A stretch of 64,000 nt of DNA. It comes from Podospora anserina. Its lineage: Eukaryota. Shown here one piece after another: positions 24,353 to 38,236 of this stretch (position 1 is the first letter of the stretch; each line of letters starts with the position of its first letter). A program made the translations under genes and the position numbers. The DNA lies in assembly GCA_017654855.1 (NCBI GenBank), contig CM030338.1, forward strand, positions 1,240,001 to 1,304,000, in the 5' to 3' direction. The notes under the pieces are model-generated. The model saw only the letters and a program-made list of their open reading frames with translations. It did no database searches and was not told the DNA's origin.

Positions 24353-27300
24353 CTACCTCCCACCCTCCCTCCCCAAATCCCTCTCCACCATCTGCAAATC
24401 CGGAAACCTCTTCTGAAAATCCCTAATATAATCCTCCTTCTCCCCCGCCGTCATCTTCAGCAACGCAGCCCCCCCATTCCCCGGTAAATCCACCGCCAAC
24501 AACGCCTCTCTCTTAACAGGCGAAGCCGGCCTGTTTATCATCCCTCCACCCGCCTGTTGCTGTCCCAAATGCACCGGCTTCGGCGGCGGCGCAGGCAACG
24601 CCTTCCCACCCGAACTCGTCCCCGGCCTCCCTCCTTTATCCCCAATGATACTGCCCGGTTTCCTCGGCACATACGGCGGTTTCTCCTCCCCAGCCCCCCC
24701 CGATGATGATGTCGATGGCCGATCAGTATGCTGTCCATACCCCTGCGCAGTCCTAACAACAGCACCCCGATTGCTCTCATCCAGCAAACTCTGCACCTTG
24801 CTCTGTATCGCCTGCGCCCTTGACGCTCCGCCCCCTCCCCCTCCCCCAGCCGGTTTAGGGGGCGGGACTGGACCACCACCACCCCCTGAACCACTGCCCC
24901 GTTGCGCAACTCGCTGTCTATACTCCGCCTGTGCGGCAGCAACCCTGGCCTCCTCCTGCGCCAGCATCTGCGCTTCTTGCTCGCGCCTCATCTCAGGCGT
25001 CATCTCATCCTGGTCATGATCATCATCGCTATGCCCGCCCGTGGCTACCGATCCCGTAATGGGAGTCAAAACATCATGACGGTCGAGGTCTTTGAGCGGA
25101 GACGGCGTCCGGACGATAGGACCAGAGGAGGAATTCCCGCCTTCAAACCGCTTAAACGCATCGCCAAACTTGCCTGCGAGGATATTCTTCGCTCCGGCGC
25201 CGATGGAAGACAGACTCCCCCGCTTCGTGTGCTTATGGGACTTGTCCTTCTTGGCCGGTTCCGGGTCTTCGAGAGAGCGGAGAAAGTCAACGTTGGAGGC
25301 AATGTTTTTGTCTTCTTCCAGTTTGGGAGTCGACGGGCGGCTCCTGTCGAGGGAAAATCTTGGAGAGGGGGCTTGTTCCTTTTCGCGGAGAAAGTCCAGG
25401 TTGGATTCGAGGTGAGTGCTGATTGGTCTTGGGCGTGATGCAAGGTTCTCCAGGCTTGGTCGTCCGCCTTCTAGTGACGGCCTCGAGGAAGAAGGATGGC
25501 GAACGTGGCCGGCCTGTGGTGTGCCTTGATATGATGGCGTCCGGGAAACTGGCCGAGCTGCTGGATCTCCGAGCGCCGAGGGAGCAAGACCGAGACCTGT
25601 CTCTGGAGCTCTGGGTACACTGGCTGCGCGGTGACCATCAGCAGGTGGGAATCGATACACTTGGTACGGCGAGGGTCCTTCCGCCGGCGGAGGCGATGTC
25701 ATGGTGCCAGTCGACACCATGGTTGGTTTAGGAGTTGGCTGGTAAAGAGGCTGCGGGGGTGAAGAAATTGCCTGCAGCTCGGGGGTGTTGGAAATGATGG
25801 TCGACGCCCGGCTGGCCCCAGGTTGTTTTGGTGGCGCAGAGGCAGACTTGAGCGGAGGAGACACCGGTGATGGGTCTGCCGCCGCTGGATAGGGGTTGGC
25901 TCTGCTTCCGTCAATGGACTGCCGTTGGCTTGGTTGCGTTGGAATTGGCGAAGGCGAGGGCTTGATCTGGAAAGCCTCATCTGCCAACTTCTCCGCCACC
26001 CTTGTTGACAGATCCTTGGGTAATTGCGGCGACCCCTGGTCAAAGTCGAATTTGGACCCATGGTCATGTAGAAGCGAAAACTGATCAAGAGACGGGAATT
26101 TTGATGACAGTTCATCCCCGCCCTTGATTACTGGCCTCGCATCAAGCGCGGCAAAGGGATCACCATTCGTCACCTTGGGTGACGTGACTGTTGCTGTTGT
26201 CGGAGCACTGGGCTGGGCAGCCGGCACTCGGCCTCGCCTCATGCGCTCAATCTCGGGAATGGCCTGCTGTTCCTGAGTGGCTTTCGGAGAAAACACGGCG
26301 CCAACAAGAGGCGGCGACGTGACCTTTTGCTGTAGTGATGAACTCTGTTTATGCTGATGAGGGTCTCCCTGCGACTTCCCCGAGTAAATCTAGATGTCTG
26401 AGTCAGCAACCGCCTTTCACTCTTCAATCTCAACAAGTGACTTACATCTTTGACTGGTGGCTCCCGGCCCTGCATTTTGCAGGCCTCACGGAGTACCTGA
26501 TAAATATTCGGCCTGGCCTGCTGACTTTCACGTAGCATCCAGCCTAGCCAAGATCAGCTTCCAAAGTCAACTTTCCAACCTTCTCTCCCCCCCCCAAAAA
26601 AAAACAAAAAAAAAACTCACCAATAAGTCCCTTGAGCCTATCTGAAAAGGCAGGGTAACTAGGATATCTGAAACTGGCATTCAGAATAGCAAGCTGTCCC
26701 TGCTCCTCAAAAGGCGTGGTATAATAGCAAAGCTTGTACAGCAGCACGCCGAGCGCCCAAATGTCCGACTTCTCGTCAATCGGCTGTTTCCTGTAGACAT
26801 CGACCATTTCCGGACTCCTGTACTGCATCGTGGTGTGTTTCTGAACATCCTCATCCATCAACCTGCACTCGACCACCGTCTGGGGAGCCGCGCGCGGTGC
26901 CGCCGCCGAACCGAAATCGCAGAGCTTGAACTTCCGGACAGACCCAACCATGGTGATTAGCACATTCTCGACCTTCAAGTCGCGGTGCAAAAGCGGCGGT
27001 CGGAGGTAATGCATGCAGGCCACGCCCTCAGCAACATCGGCAAAAATGTTGAGAATCTCGGGTTCCGTCAGCCGGTGCTGCAGGCGCGTGTTCATAAAGT
27101 CGATCAGCCCGCCGCCGTTGCAGTACTCCATGAGCAAAAACACCTCGTACCCGCCGCCGCGCAGCTCCGATGCGTGAGAGTCGATATACGTGACAATGGC
27201 CTTGTGGCCCTTCAGGCGCTTCATGGTCTCGACCTCGGTGCGCATCCCCCGCAGCGATTCCTTGTCCGGGACGGCGACCCGCTTGAGCACGGCCAGGTCG

Positions 27301-27524
27301 GTCCCGTTGACGGGGGCGGCCAGCTTGACCAGATATACATGTGCGAAGCCGCCCTCGGAGAGGTATTTCTGAATCACCACGCGGTGGTTGCCAACCTGGA
27401 TCTTGGTGCCGGGGGAGAAGGTGCCCGCCGGTGGTGCGCCGGGGACGCTCCCTGGTACGGGTGCCCCGTAAGGTACTGCGGGCCGCGCCGCTGCCGGCAC
27501 CGCCGCCTGGCCGTACGAAGCCAT
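24353..27524 (-). CDS. Ark1/Prk1/Akl1 (NAK family) Ser/Thr kinase (3 exons)
   Basis: SEGGFAHVY, HRDLKVEN, LCDFGSA, TTMQYRSPEM, TTPFEEQGQLAILNA; introns 26544-26620 and 26390-26445; long low-complexity tail with DPF. Confidence 0.94.
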
Positions 27525-28508
27525 GACCGTGAAATTCCTCCGATGGGCAGCAGCGTGTGTTTGGTGAAGCTGTGAGGTATCGGGGAACACGGGTTCGGGG
27601 CGGTCGGGACCGAGAAAAAGGGGGCGGTCGACAGTCCGGGGCGGTGAGAGGGGAGGGAAACAGCTGGACACGGGAGACGACGAACGGAAACGGGGAGCGA
27701 CTGGTTCGCGGGGGGGGTGGGAGGGAGAGGGTGGACTTGGGCGGAGCAGGTTTTGGCTGGCAAGCGACTTTCAGGGCATCGATGGGGAATTCGGTTTCGC
27801 GGGGGAGGGGTTGCTGCCTACGCTACGCGCCGCATGGCCGAGCAGTGGTCGGTTCAGCAGATATTGAATCTTGAGTGCTCCTCGAGGATGACGACAAACG
27901 TTTGCTTTGGGGGACAGAGGCTGAATTCGATGTTTGTCGTGCTGCTCATCCAGGTACAAGTACCGCCTGAAAGACAGACAAATGCCAATGCCAATGCCAG
28001 GCAGGTCAGTGCTTACACCTCACTGCACACGGACAACTCAGGTGGAGCCAGCTGGCACGGGATGGCTTGGCATTTCCCCAGACCCCCAGTTCAGGGGGGG
28101 CCACTTTCAGGGGACAACGGGCCACTTCAGGAGGAGCCACATCAACGAAACACCTTACCACAACCAACGCATCAAACTGTTAACATCTCGCGGCCTGATA
28201 TTGTATACGCTTTTAGACTCAAAAAAGAACAAACCAATATAGCTTTGGACATGACTGATTAGGTGCGTACTCTAGTCTATATAGATTTCATCCCGAGAAA
28301 ATAACTACGTCTCATCTTCACATTAATCATCTCCCAAACCAGATGCCACGGGCGATTCCCTCTCACCACAAGACATCTTCATGCAAAAATGGTATCCAGT
28401 CATAAAATCCCCATAAGCCCACATTCCAACACACAACAACGCTCTGTACCAAACGCTTGCCCATGTACATCATCGTCAACAAGAGGAAAAGAAAAGATGG
28501 TCGACAGA

Positions 28509-30437
28509 TCAGAAAAGGGCTCCCAACATGCGTTTGCGTAAGGGTTTCTTTTCTTCAGGCTCGAAATTGACCGGATCCCTAAACTTGGCATCCGTCTTGA
28601 GATCAATCGCGTGCAGAGGCGTCTGCAGCCTCCACTCTCCCGTCTTCACCTTCCACCCGAGCCAGAGAAAAAACATCACCGGTGCGGCCAGGTAGCCCTT
28701 GAAGAACTTCTCAGCCGTTTCCGCCGCAGTAGCACCTGGTTTAGGCTATTATCAACAAAAAGAGTCAGCAAATATCACTATGATAAAGGACAAGAAGATG
28801 GAAAAACAGACCTTGGCGCAGACGTAGAAGGCGGCTGCGAGACAGACGCCGTTGAAAATGAGGGCAATCCAGCTTCCCCAGACACCACCTGATGGCTTGT
28901 ATGGGACCAGGTCAAGGGACAAGCCTTGGACCTCCATAGCCTTCCGGAAGCGAATGTGCGCGAGGCAAATCGAGCCCCAGATGAAGAAATACGTCACGCC
29001 AGTGACGGCAAGAAGCCAGTCGAACAACTTCATACCCGCATCGTTCGGTGCCAGCCCGACATACGCAATCAAGGCAAACAGGAGGAGCACGATCGTGCAA
29101 CGCATAGGACGGCCCTGCTTGTCGATTTTGGCCAGGCAAGTGGGTGCCATGCCAACTTGAGCCATCGCCTGGACAGTGCGAGTGAAACCAAACGACGACG
29201 AGTTGGCGACACTGATGACGGCGATGGTGATGACGCCGTTCATGATGTGTGGGAGCACCTTGATTCCGGCATCCTGGATCGCCAAAACGAATGGTGATGC
29301 TTTGCTGTTGGCGCCCTCTGATCCGAGGAGTCGGGGATCGTCGGATGGCAAAATCAGGCCCATGATGAATAGGTTGAGAATGTAAAAGAAAGAGATGCGC
29401 CAGAAGACCTGCTTGCAAGCTTTGGGGACCGACTTCTCGGGGTTCTCTGATTCGGCCGCCGCGAGACCGGCCAGTTCGGTGCCGCCGAAAGAGAAAGAAG
29501 CGATCACAAACACGCTGGCAAAGCCCTCAAAGCCGTTCCTGAAAGCACCCGGGTCGCTCCAGTATTCGCCGCCCAAGTATCCCTGCCTTCCCACAGCGCC
29601 CGTGTTGATGACGATGCCGAGTATGATGAAGCCGCTGCAGGCTATGATCTTGATGACGCTGAGGACACATTCGACTGTGTTTTCGTGTCAGAACGCGAGC
29701 TCCTTGCTGTGCTCTAGTGGGGACACAAACCTTCGCCATATCCTCGAACTCCAAATATTTGAATAAGTGCCAGCACTACCAGAAACACCGTCACCCATAC
29801 TCCCATGTTAATTGTGTCGTTCCAAAATTGTATCGTGATCGAGGCCGCAATAAGCTCAAAAGGAAGGATGATCAGCCAGGTTAGAGCGTAGCCCCAGCCG
29901 ATGGCAAAGCCCCTGAGACATGACAGTTAGCGATTACCAGTGTATCACGTATAAAAATAACAGTGAACTTGCCATGTTGGGTCGAGAAATCTTAAGCAGT
30001 GTTCGAAAAAGGCGCCATTGGACGGATAGACGACCGAGAGCTCGGCGAGAGCCTGACAAGTAAACAACATCATTATTCCGATGAGAGTGTAGCATATAAG
30101 CTTGGAGAAAAGTTAGCTCGAGTCGGCTCTGTTAACAAGATAGATGCACTCACCACGCTGCCTGGTCCACCTGCACTCAACGCTGCCCCAGACCCAATGA
30201 AGAGACCAGCGCCAATCGCACCACCTGGACGAGAACGGTATTGTCAGAACAATACCACCGTCCGCAAGCTGGGGACATACCCATGGCAATCATTTGAAGA
30301 TGCCTGTTCTTGAGGGACTTCTTGAGCTGGTTGTTCTCGACCGGGGTCAGTATCCCCATCTCCTCGTCCCGGCTGCTGGAGCGGGAAGCATTGTCCCGCG
30401 CTATCACCTTGGTGCCGGCCTCGTCTGGTGTAGTCAT
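28509..30437 (-). CDS. Yeast amino-acid transporter (Gap1-like APC permease), 6 exons
   Basis: LKNRHLQMIAMGGAIGAGLFIG, ALAEL, FSFGGTELAGLAAAE, KQVFWRI; introns 30225-30280, 30101-30153, 29913-29972 (GC-AG), 29675-29730, 28746-28811. Confidence 0.93.
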
Positions 30438-31765
30438 GTCGTCGTTTCTTGCTTTTGATGAACGTGGTTGTTGGGGTAGTCTCGGAACAAAAAAAATGTG
30501 ACATAAATCGCCTGAGCGAGGAAGGCCAGCAGAGCAGACAAGGAGGGGAATAGCGGGCTATTAGTATGCATGGTGATGCCGCCACCAGAATGATAACGAG
30601 AATTATGGTTTGGAATCTAGCAAGCCAAAACCCCTTGGCGCTATACTGGTGTTCACTGGCATGGAAGATAGCAGAAGATAGATTGGTGAACTCTTGATAT
30701 TGGCCCCCGTACAAGTCGTCCGCCGTCGGGATTGGGTTGGTAGACGGGGAGGACTAGAAAATGCCCTCCGGTTTCCATTCTGGGCCGGATCACAGACTTG
30801 TTCTATCGGAGGGACCGAGTAGATCTCTGTTATCAGGGCAAAGGTGCCGGTCGAGTGTTCTGTGGGTCGGATATGGACATAAGGTTTGGACGATGCAATG
30901 ACACCATCCTGACAGGACCCTAGGTCTCCGCTGTTCCCCCGCCAGGGTTGCCAGTTCGAATGCCATTCCATCTTGACAGGACCCTTCCTGCCGATCGATG
31001 GAACCAAACCAAAGCGTCGGTCTTTGAGGTGTCGAGCTGGCTACTTCTTGACGGTCAGGTTACCACGTCTCACTGAACCAGAAACGGTCTTTGGCAGTTC
31101 GTTCTCCGTCTTCCTTTTCAAGTGTTGGATCATGAACCAAGCGTTTGCTCAACCGGTTAAGTCAATCTAGTCTTTGATAAGCATATCCCAGAGTGATGAT
31201 TCGAACGGCAACTAAGTGATAGGAGAATCGGACGTACGCAAACATCTCTGAGAACCTGGAAGAGAAGAGAAAGCACCACCCAGAATCAAGCAACACCATG
31301 CGAGAATGCGAGAAAAGCTTGTGGCTGTTGTGAAGGGACTTGTGTCGTGGTCCCCAGCTTCCCCCGGGAGTTCCAGCCAACATATTCCTCCCGACTTGTG
31401 AAGACACCAGCTTATCTCGTCACCCGCGCTATGTATGGGGCACCTCCTTTCTTCATGATACAATGGAACAAGTCCAGATGCCACCACCCCACGACCCAAG
31501 AAATACGATCGAGCCATTGACATCATACCTGATCAACCTGCCCCATCTCGGTGTTAACACCAGTCCGATTCACATGGTCACCGTTAGAAGTGACGACAGG
31601 TGGCCGGCGCCCGTAACGCCGGGATTTCTCCACGTTCCCGGATGTAAGGCCATGTGCAACAACCAGACTCGACTCTGGGGAATGACACTCTTGTGAAGAA
31701 AGACCGTCACTTGTACCTATTCGTAGAGATGCCCTCAAAGCTGTCACAACTTCAACTACACCTCT

Positions 31766-32690
31766 CTACCTTCCCCCAACCTCCACCCTCACAAACCCAA
31801 ACCCCTCCATCACCGGCTGCTTAACCTCCAACCCCCTCAGCAACCCCCTCTCATACAACCCCAACCAAACCGCATCCCCATTCACCGTCTCCATCGCGTC
31901 CTTTAATTCCTTCTGCCCAGGCAAGACATCAACCACCAACTCCAAAATCTCATCAAACATCTCATCCTCCACCTTGACATAGGAAACAACATCCCTCACC
32001 AACCCAACCGCCGCCTCCCAAAGCCGCGTAGATTGTGAAAACCTCCCGCCCCCTGAAGGTGTGGTATACGACGACGAGGAAACCATCTTCATCCCCCCAT
32101 TATCAGGAGATGTAGTTGGCCCACTGCCAAAATCAAGGTTGAGCAGTCCCCCTGTTCCAATCGAGGATGACAACAAACCCGTAGAAGCCGTAGAAGTAGG
32201 AATCATAATCCCTCCCCCCTCACTTCTATTCCCACCACCACCACCACCACCACCAACACCACCAATCAACCCCCTTCCCTTGTTACTCGTCCCCTTCTTC
32301 TGACCCATAGCCTCCGCCTTAACCTTGATCATCCAAGCCCTCAACCCCTGCCCCTTTTCTCCCCACACACTCCTCAACCTCGTCCCCAAAAAGTCACCCG
32401 CCCCTTTACACAGCCCCCCCAACGCCTTAGCAGCCGCTATCGCAACAAAGGGCTCCGGATCATGCAACCTCGTGGTCAAAACCGGCCAGATCACGTTCAC
32501 AAGCGGTAAGAATGCATCCTCCGACGGGGACAAGGCAGGTGTAACGGTTGTAATAAGATCCAGGAGTGATTTCCTCAGGGTAGGAGTAGGAGAGGTAAGA
32601 TAGTGCTGCGTCAGCGTCAGTATCCTAGTCAGCAACTGATACGTCGGCGTCTGGACAGCTTCTTTCTCTTGCTCCATCTCCTTCTTTTCT

Positions 32691-32721
<31 letters not shown>

Positions 32722-35232
32722 CAGCAGCTTCCAGCTCCTCAACAAACGACTTCTCCTTCCTCTTCTCCCTCCCCGGACCCCAGGCCTTTCTCGGGACAGG
32801 CCGAAACGGCTCCTCAGCCATCGATTTCGACCCCTCCACTCTCGCAAGATGCTTCCCCACCGTTTCCAGAATCCCCTCCACCCCCTGAGGTCGATAACCC
32901 CTCTTCTTATGATCAACAGCAGGTTCGCTGTCACCACCCGCAAGAAGCAACACATCCGACTTCACCCCCTGCGTCACGACCTCCCCCAAAACATCAAACA
33001 GCCCCTCGACAAAAACAGGATACCCATGATAATTATCCAGCGCCGCAAAAACAGCCTGCACCGTATCCTCCAAAAACGGCACCAGTTTCGGCCCCGTCAG
33101 CCTAATCATCATCGTCAAAACCCTCGTCGAAGCAGGGCTTATGTCAAAAGTATTGAGGCGTAGGGAGACAGAATCAAGCATGTAATCCGCATTGTCGACA
33201 ATCAACTCCGACACGGAACCATACCCGCACGAAGAGGCGAGAATGTTCAACGTAGTGATCGCATGCCGCCTGAGTTGAGGCTTTTCTGACCCGAGAAAGG
33301 TAGTGACAGGATACAAGACGTCGATGAGCTCGGGGCGAAAGTCCTCTTCGAGACGGGTGGCATAATACGCGGTGACCTCGAGGGCGAGGGCTTCGAGTTG
33401 CCAGGGGGGGGGTTCGACAGAGTCAGAGCGGGAGGCGAGAACAGAGGTGGAAAAGTCGTAGAGCTCTTGGAAGGCTTCGTCTTGCTGCTGGGTCTCGCCC
33501 AGGGCAGAAAAGTCAAAGAGCTCGTCCATGTCGGCAGATTGGGCGTAGCTCGACTTGAGGAGCTGAAAGGCGAGCCAGAAGGAGGCAATCTGTGTTGTGG
33601 GTTCATCCGAGTCGCGAACGTAGCTGAGCATAGAGGTTGCGAGCTTGACCTGTAGACTCGAAGGCCCGATCTGAGAGATGAGGGAGCCGAGCTCGTTTCG
33701 GGTAGCCTTTTGGCCTTCCGAGCCAAGAATGACAGGGCTGTATGTTGCCAACTCGGTATTTCCTGATCTGATGAGGGCTGTGGGCTGAGATAGATCGACG
33801 GCGCCTAGGTCATCAATCACCTTTGGAGGTTTCGAAGCCTTCATCAGAGTGATGATGCTGTCTCTTAGTGAATCAGCCAGAGAATCGTCCAGAGTTGACG
33901 AGTCCATCTGCATGGCAGCTGCTAGCTTGCTTCCCCGGAGAATACTTCTGATAGCCAATTGCTTGGTCTTTTCGTTGCTGGATTGCATCATTCTTGGAAG
34001 GCCAGCGACCCAGCTGTACAGGGCAGATTTGATGCCGTTGCTCAGCTCCGGGTAGATGCTGACGAGGTCCTGGAGGCTGGTCTCGAGTCTTGATTGAGCT
34101 GCGTCATCCTCCTGTAACATCAGTGCTGTCTCGACCAATATTGATTGACTGTCAGCGAGTGAAGCGTGACACTCATCCAGCAGAGCGATACATAGTCTGT
34201 AAAGAGCACGCTGGACCTCTTCAGACTCATTACTTCGCAACTTGAGAACCGCAGATAAAGCAATCTTCACTTGAGCAGCAGTTGCTTTCAGCCATGACGG
34301 TGTTAGTTCGATATCCCTGGAGTCTGAGTTGCCTTCGGATTTTGTCTCCTCCGCGGCCGGTGTGGCTGTCTCCTGCTGCCGGAGCAGACCCCTGACCTTG
34401 AGGTCACCCAACACATTGACAAACACAAGCTGGAGGGCTTCCAAACAAGCCACAAGAACTCGCTTTTGAGTTTGCCTTTCAAGCGGCGGAGACAACCGTT
34501 TACCGAGACCAGACACCGTGCCAGGCAGAAACTGAGCAAGAACAGAGTTGTCTTCGGTGCTGATGAAGACAGCCCGCAAGCAAGCCACCGCCTCAAGTTG
34601 AATCAAAGAAGGAAGATCCTCGGTGACGGCATCAATCATCACAGTGACACTGTGACCAAGTGCCGGGATGGAGTCTTCTCCAGGAATCTCCGATCTTTTA
34701 AGCCGAGCAGGGTCGACTGAAGTGATCAAGGCTCCCAGCGTTTTGAACCCTTCAATAATCGTTTCTTCCGGGACGTCCTTCTTCCTTTCTTGACCGGGCA
34801 CACCACCAATGGTGAACGAAAGAAGAATCAAAAGCTGCCGAAAAAGGGCTGCCGATGTTTTGACCTTCCACCCATGCTGTATGAGTTCTCTAAGTAGACG
34901 GATGACGCCCTCGACCACCCGCATGGGGTATTGGTCCCTGTCACGGAGGACTTGCGACAAAGGGACAAAGACATAGTCGGCGAGCCTGTCGTCTAGGATG
35001 CTGTCATCTTGGCTGGCCTGGGTTGACCAGAGTTCAGTGAGTGATTCGACATGTTGCAGAATCTCTTTGGCATCGGCTGTCTTGTCCTGGGAGCGGACGG
35101 CCAACTGGTTGAGAGGCACACAGACCCGCTTCAACTGTTGCAATGTCAGTCAAAGTGTCTGGCATTGATGTGAGCACAACCTACCTTTTGGAAGAACTCG
35201 GTCCTTGGAGTAGAGACTGCGGTTGTCGACAT
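31766..35232 (-). CDS. TTI1: TEL2-interacting protein 1 (TTT complex HEAT-repeat subunit)
   Basis: FFQK|LKRVCV across intron 35135-35184; LADYVFVPL, FLPGTVS, SWLKATAAQV, LIVDNADY, FAALDNYHGY, LVNVIWP. Confidence 0.88.
32691..32719. repeat. (GAT)n coding repeat giving a poly-Asp tract in TTI1
   Basis: (TCA)n on + strand; DDDDDDDDD in the translation. Confidence 0.9.
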
Positions 35233-35793
35233 GGTGTTCAGCCTGGAGCACCGCTCATTAGAGATGAGTTGGGCTTCGGTGGTTGCTTTCGAGAGGATGG
35301 CAAGTGATGGATGCTGAACTTGAAGCTCGCTCTTGCCCAGCTGCCTAATGGCTCAAAGTTGAACAGCCCAAGGTATCCCAAGTCACAGCTGCGATGCCGA
35401 TATGCTGAATGATTTTCAATGGAAAATTAGATGTACACTGCTAATTCATATTTCTCATGTCTCTCAGAGTGTTTGAATGTGGTTCCATAATGGTGTCTCA
35501 ACAGCGGCTTCAACAGCGGCTTCTACAGCGGTTGTGCCGCTGTAACTTTGGGCCTTTTGCTCGCTGTAAGCTTCGAACCCGACTTGGGTGAAGCAAAAGC
35601 ATCAAGGGTTAGGGTTACGACAGGACTTTGGTCCCACAAAAGCCAACAAGGTTCTTTTCGCAACAACCGTCTGGTCCACAAAGTCCACCATTCATCCATG
35701 ATTCCAACTTGCGACTTGCGACCGTCATCCATCATCACCAAACAACAACAACAACAACAACAACAAGCAACCACATAACCCCCAACCATCAAA

Positions 35794-36684
35794 ATGCCCC
35801 CCACCACCAAAAGAAAATCCCCCGCCTCCGACCGCGAGGAAGAAACCTCACCCGAACCCTCCTCCAAGCGACAAGCCACACCAACAACAACAGAACCATC
35901 AAATCCCACCCCATCAGCAGAACCCCCGTCACAAACCTCAACCCAACAATCCCGCCTCGCCCGCTTCAAAGCCCTCCAAGCCCGCGCCAAATCCTCCTCC
36001 ACCCAAAACCTCAAAGAAGCCACCAAAGAATCCCAACGCCTCGCCTCCGACCCCTCCCAACTAACCGCCATAACCCGCAAGCACGCCGTAGCCTCCCACA
36101 AGCTCCTCAAAGCCGAAATCGAAGACTCGGGCGGCGACTTTGAACGAAAGCGCGCGTGGGACTGGACGATCGAAGAGTCCGAACGCTGGGACAAGCGCGT
36201 CAAGAAGAAGGACGCCCACAGGGACGACACCGCCTTCCGCGACTACCAGCGCCAGTCGGAAAAGTCCTACAAGCGTCAGCTCAAGAGCATGGGCGCGCCC
36301 GATGTCGAGAAATACACCCGCGACAAGATGGCGGCGATTGAAAAGGCGGCCGCCGAGGGGACGCTCGAGATTGTCGAGACGGAGGACGGGGAGATGATTG
36401 CTGTTGACAAGGATGGCACGTTTTTTAGCACGGCGGATTCGACGGATTTTGCGCGACATAAACCTGACAAGGCGGCGGTGGATAGGCTGGTGGAGGATCT
36501 GAGAAAGGCCGAGGAGGCGTCGCTCAAGAAGAGGAGGGAGAGGCAGGCTAGGAATGGGGAGGATAATGGGGACGTGACGTATATTAACGAGAAGAACAAG
36601 CAGTTTAACCAGAAGCTGGCGCGGTTCTACAACAAGTACACGGCCGAGATTCGGGATAGTTTTGAGAGGGGAACTATGGTTTAG
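35794..36684 (+). CDS. SYF2: Pre-mRNA splicing factor Syf2
   Basis: ERKRAWDWTIEESERWD and DVTYINEKNKQFNQKLARFYNKYTAEIRDSFERGT signature. Confidence 0.96.
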   Translation: MPPTTKRKSPASDREEETSPEPSSKRQATPTTTEPSNPTPSAEPPSQTSTQQSRLARFKALQARAKSSSTQNLKEATKESQRLASDPSQLTAITRKHAVASHKLLKAEIEDSGGDFERKRAWDWTIEESERWDKRVKKKDAHRDDTAFRDYQRQSEKSYKRQLKSMGAPDVEKYTRDKMAAIEKAAAEGTLEIVETEDGEMIAVDKDGTFFSTADSTDFARHKPDKAAVDRLVEDLRKAEEASLKKRRERQARNGEDNGDVTYINEKNKQFNQKLARFYNKYTAEIRDSFERGTMV

Positions 36685-36880
36685 TTTGGATTGTTTTGGA
36701 GTTGTAACATCAAAGAAAAAAAGCATTGGACGAGCGATACGGAGTTCAACCATGACGTGGGGTATTCTATTCATCTTACAACAACTGGTCATGCAGCCAG
36801 TGTTCGCCTGCTCGTGGCAAAACGATCAAAATACAGTTACTGCTACTTGACTTCACACAGCCCGCCTTTCTGGTATGTCT

Positions 36881-37775
36881 CTAAAGCATCGTCTTTCTCC
36901 ACCCCTTGGTCCCCAACTCCTCAATCTCTTTTGGTTCAACAACCCCCCTCACACTCTGGTCACCCAGCCCCTCCACCACCGCATCAGCCACCAAGTCCAC
37001 CTTGAGAGGTTTGATTGCGGCCGCCCCCAGCACCCCCCTGAGCAACCCCCCCGTGAGCCCATCCACCGTGCTCGCGACCAGGCCCCCGGCAGCAATAGGC
37101 AGGCTCACAGGCCTAGAACTATCCCACATGAACGGCGCGCGGTAGAAGACCGATCTCAGTTTGGGAAACTCGCGTTGGATAATGTCCTCTGCTTCCCGCT
37201 TGGTGGTGATATATCTCGAGGGTAGGACTGGCGCTCCAGCAGCGGCGGAGATGTACCCGAAGCCTTCCACACCTGCCTTTTCGGCCTCTTTTGCGAGGAG
37301 GATGGCGCTGTCGCGGTTCATGGTTTCGTAAGTTACCTGTCTGCGTGTGTTGAGGGGAGTTGGGTCGCCGGGTTTGCGGTCTAGGGGGTTGGCGGGGGAG
37401 GGGCGGCCGGAGAGGAGGGATTTGTAGTCTGCTTCGAGGAGGATGCCGAGGGTGTGGACTATGTGGGTGGCTGAGGGGAGGAAGGGGAGGTAGGATTGGG
37501 GGTTGAAGATGTCGCCTTTCTGCCAGGTTACTGAGCTGGACCAGGAGGGGGGTGGGGAGGAGGAGGGCCAGTGGGGTTGGCCGGAGCGGCTATGGGAGAG
37601 AGGGTTAGATAGATAATACGGGGGAGAAGGGAAGGGAAGGGAAGGGAAAAGGGAAGGGGGGGAGATACCTGATGGAGATGACTTCCCAGTTGCGGGCGAC
37701 GGCGGAGCGGCAGATGCGGGAGCCGAGGAAGCCGTTGCCGCCGAAGACGATGAGGCGTTTGGTTGCGGTTGACAT
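36881..37775 (-). CDS. COQ11: Atypical SDR / NAD-dependent epimerase, Coq11-like
   Basis: IVFGGNGFLGSRIC, IS|RSG across intron 37590-37668; GILLEADYK, TYETMNRDSA, YISAA, RYITTKREAE. Confidence 0.85.
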
Positions 37776-38236
37776 GGTGGGATGTGAGAATGGAGAGGGG
37801 GTGCAAATTGGGTGGATGGGTGAACGAGATGGGTTGATTTAGAGAAAGCACAAGAGAAATTCAGGGTGTATGTATGAGAGCTATCAATTGACGTTTCGCT
37901 CAACCGAAGAACCCAAGGCTCACCAGATCAGCAAAGCTCGCCGTCCGATTCACAAGCTCCCAAGCTTATGATGAGATCATGCGACAAGGGACTTGCCGGC
38001 CGCCGCCCGGGAATTTTTGTCAAAGTTTAGCGGCTCCCCAGCAGGGATGACACAGACCAACTCGGGGAGATCTGCCCCCGCAATCAAGGCTTGACCCGCA
38101 AACTGCCTGCCGCGCGCGAGAACCTCTCTGAACACTTTTGAACATTTCCAACACAGTTGCGACGCGACATCCACCCTCCCCAACCCAACCCGACAACAAC
38201 CCCCCATCTCCCCGCGCCTTCGCGCATGAAATAAAG

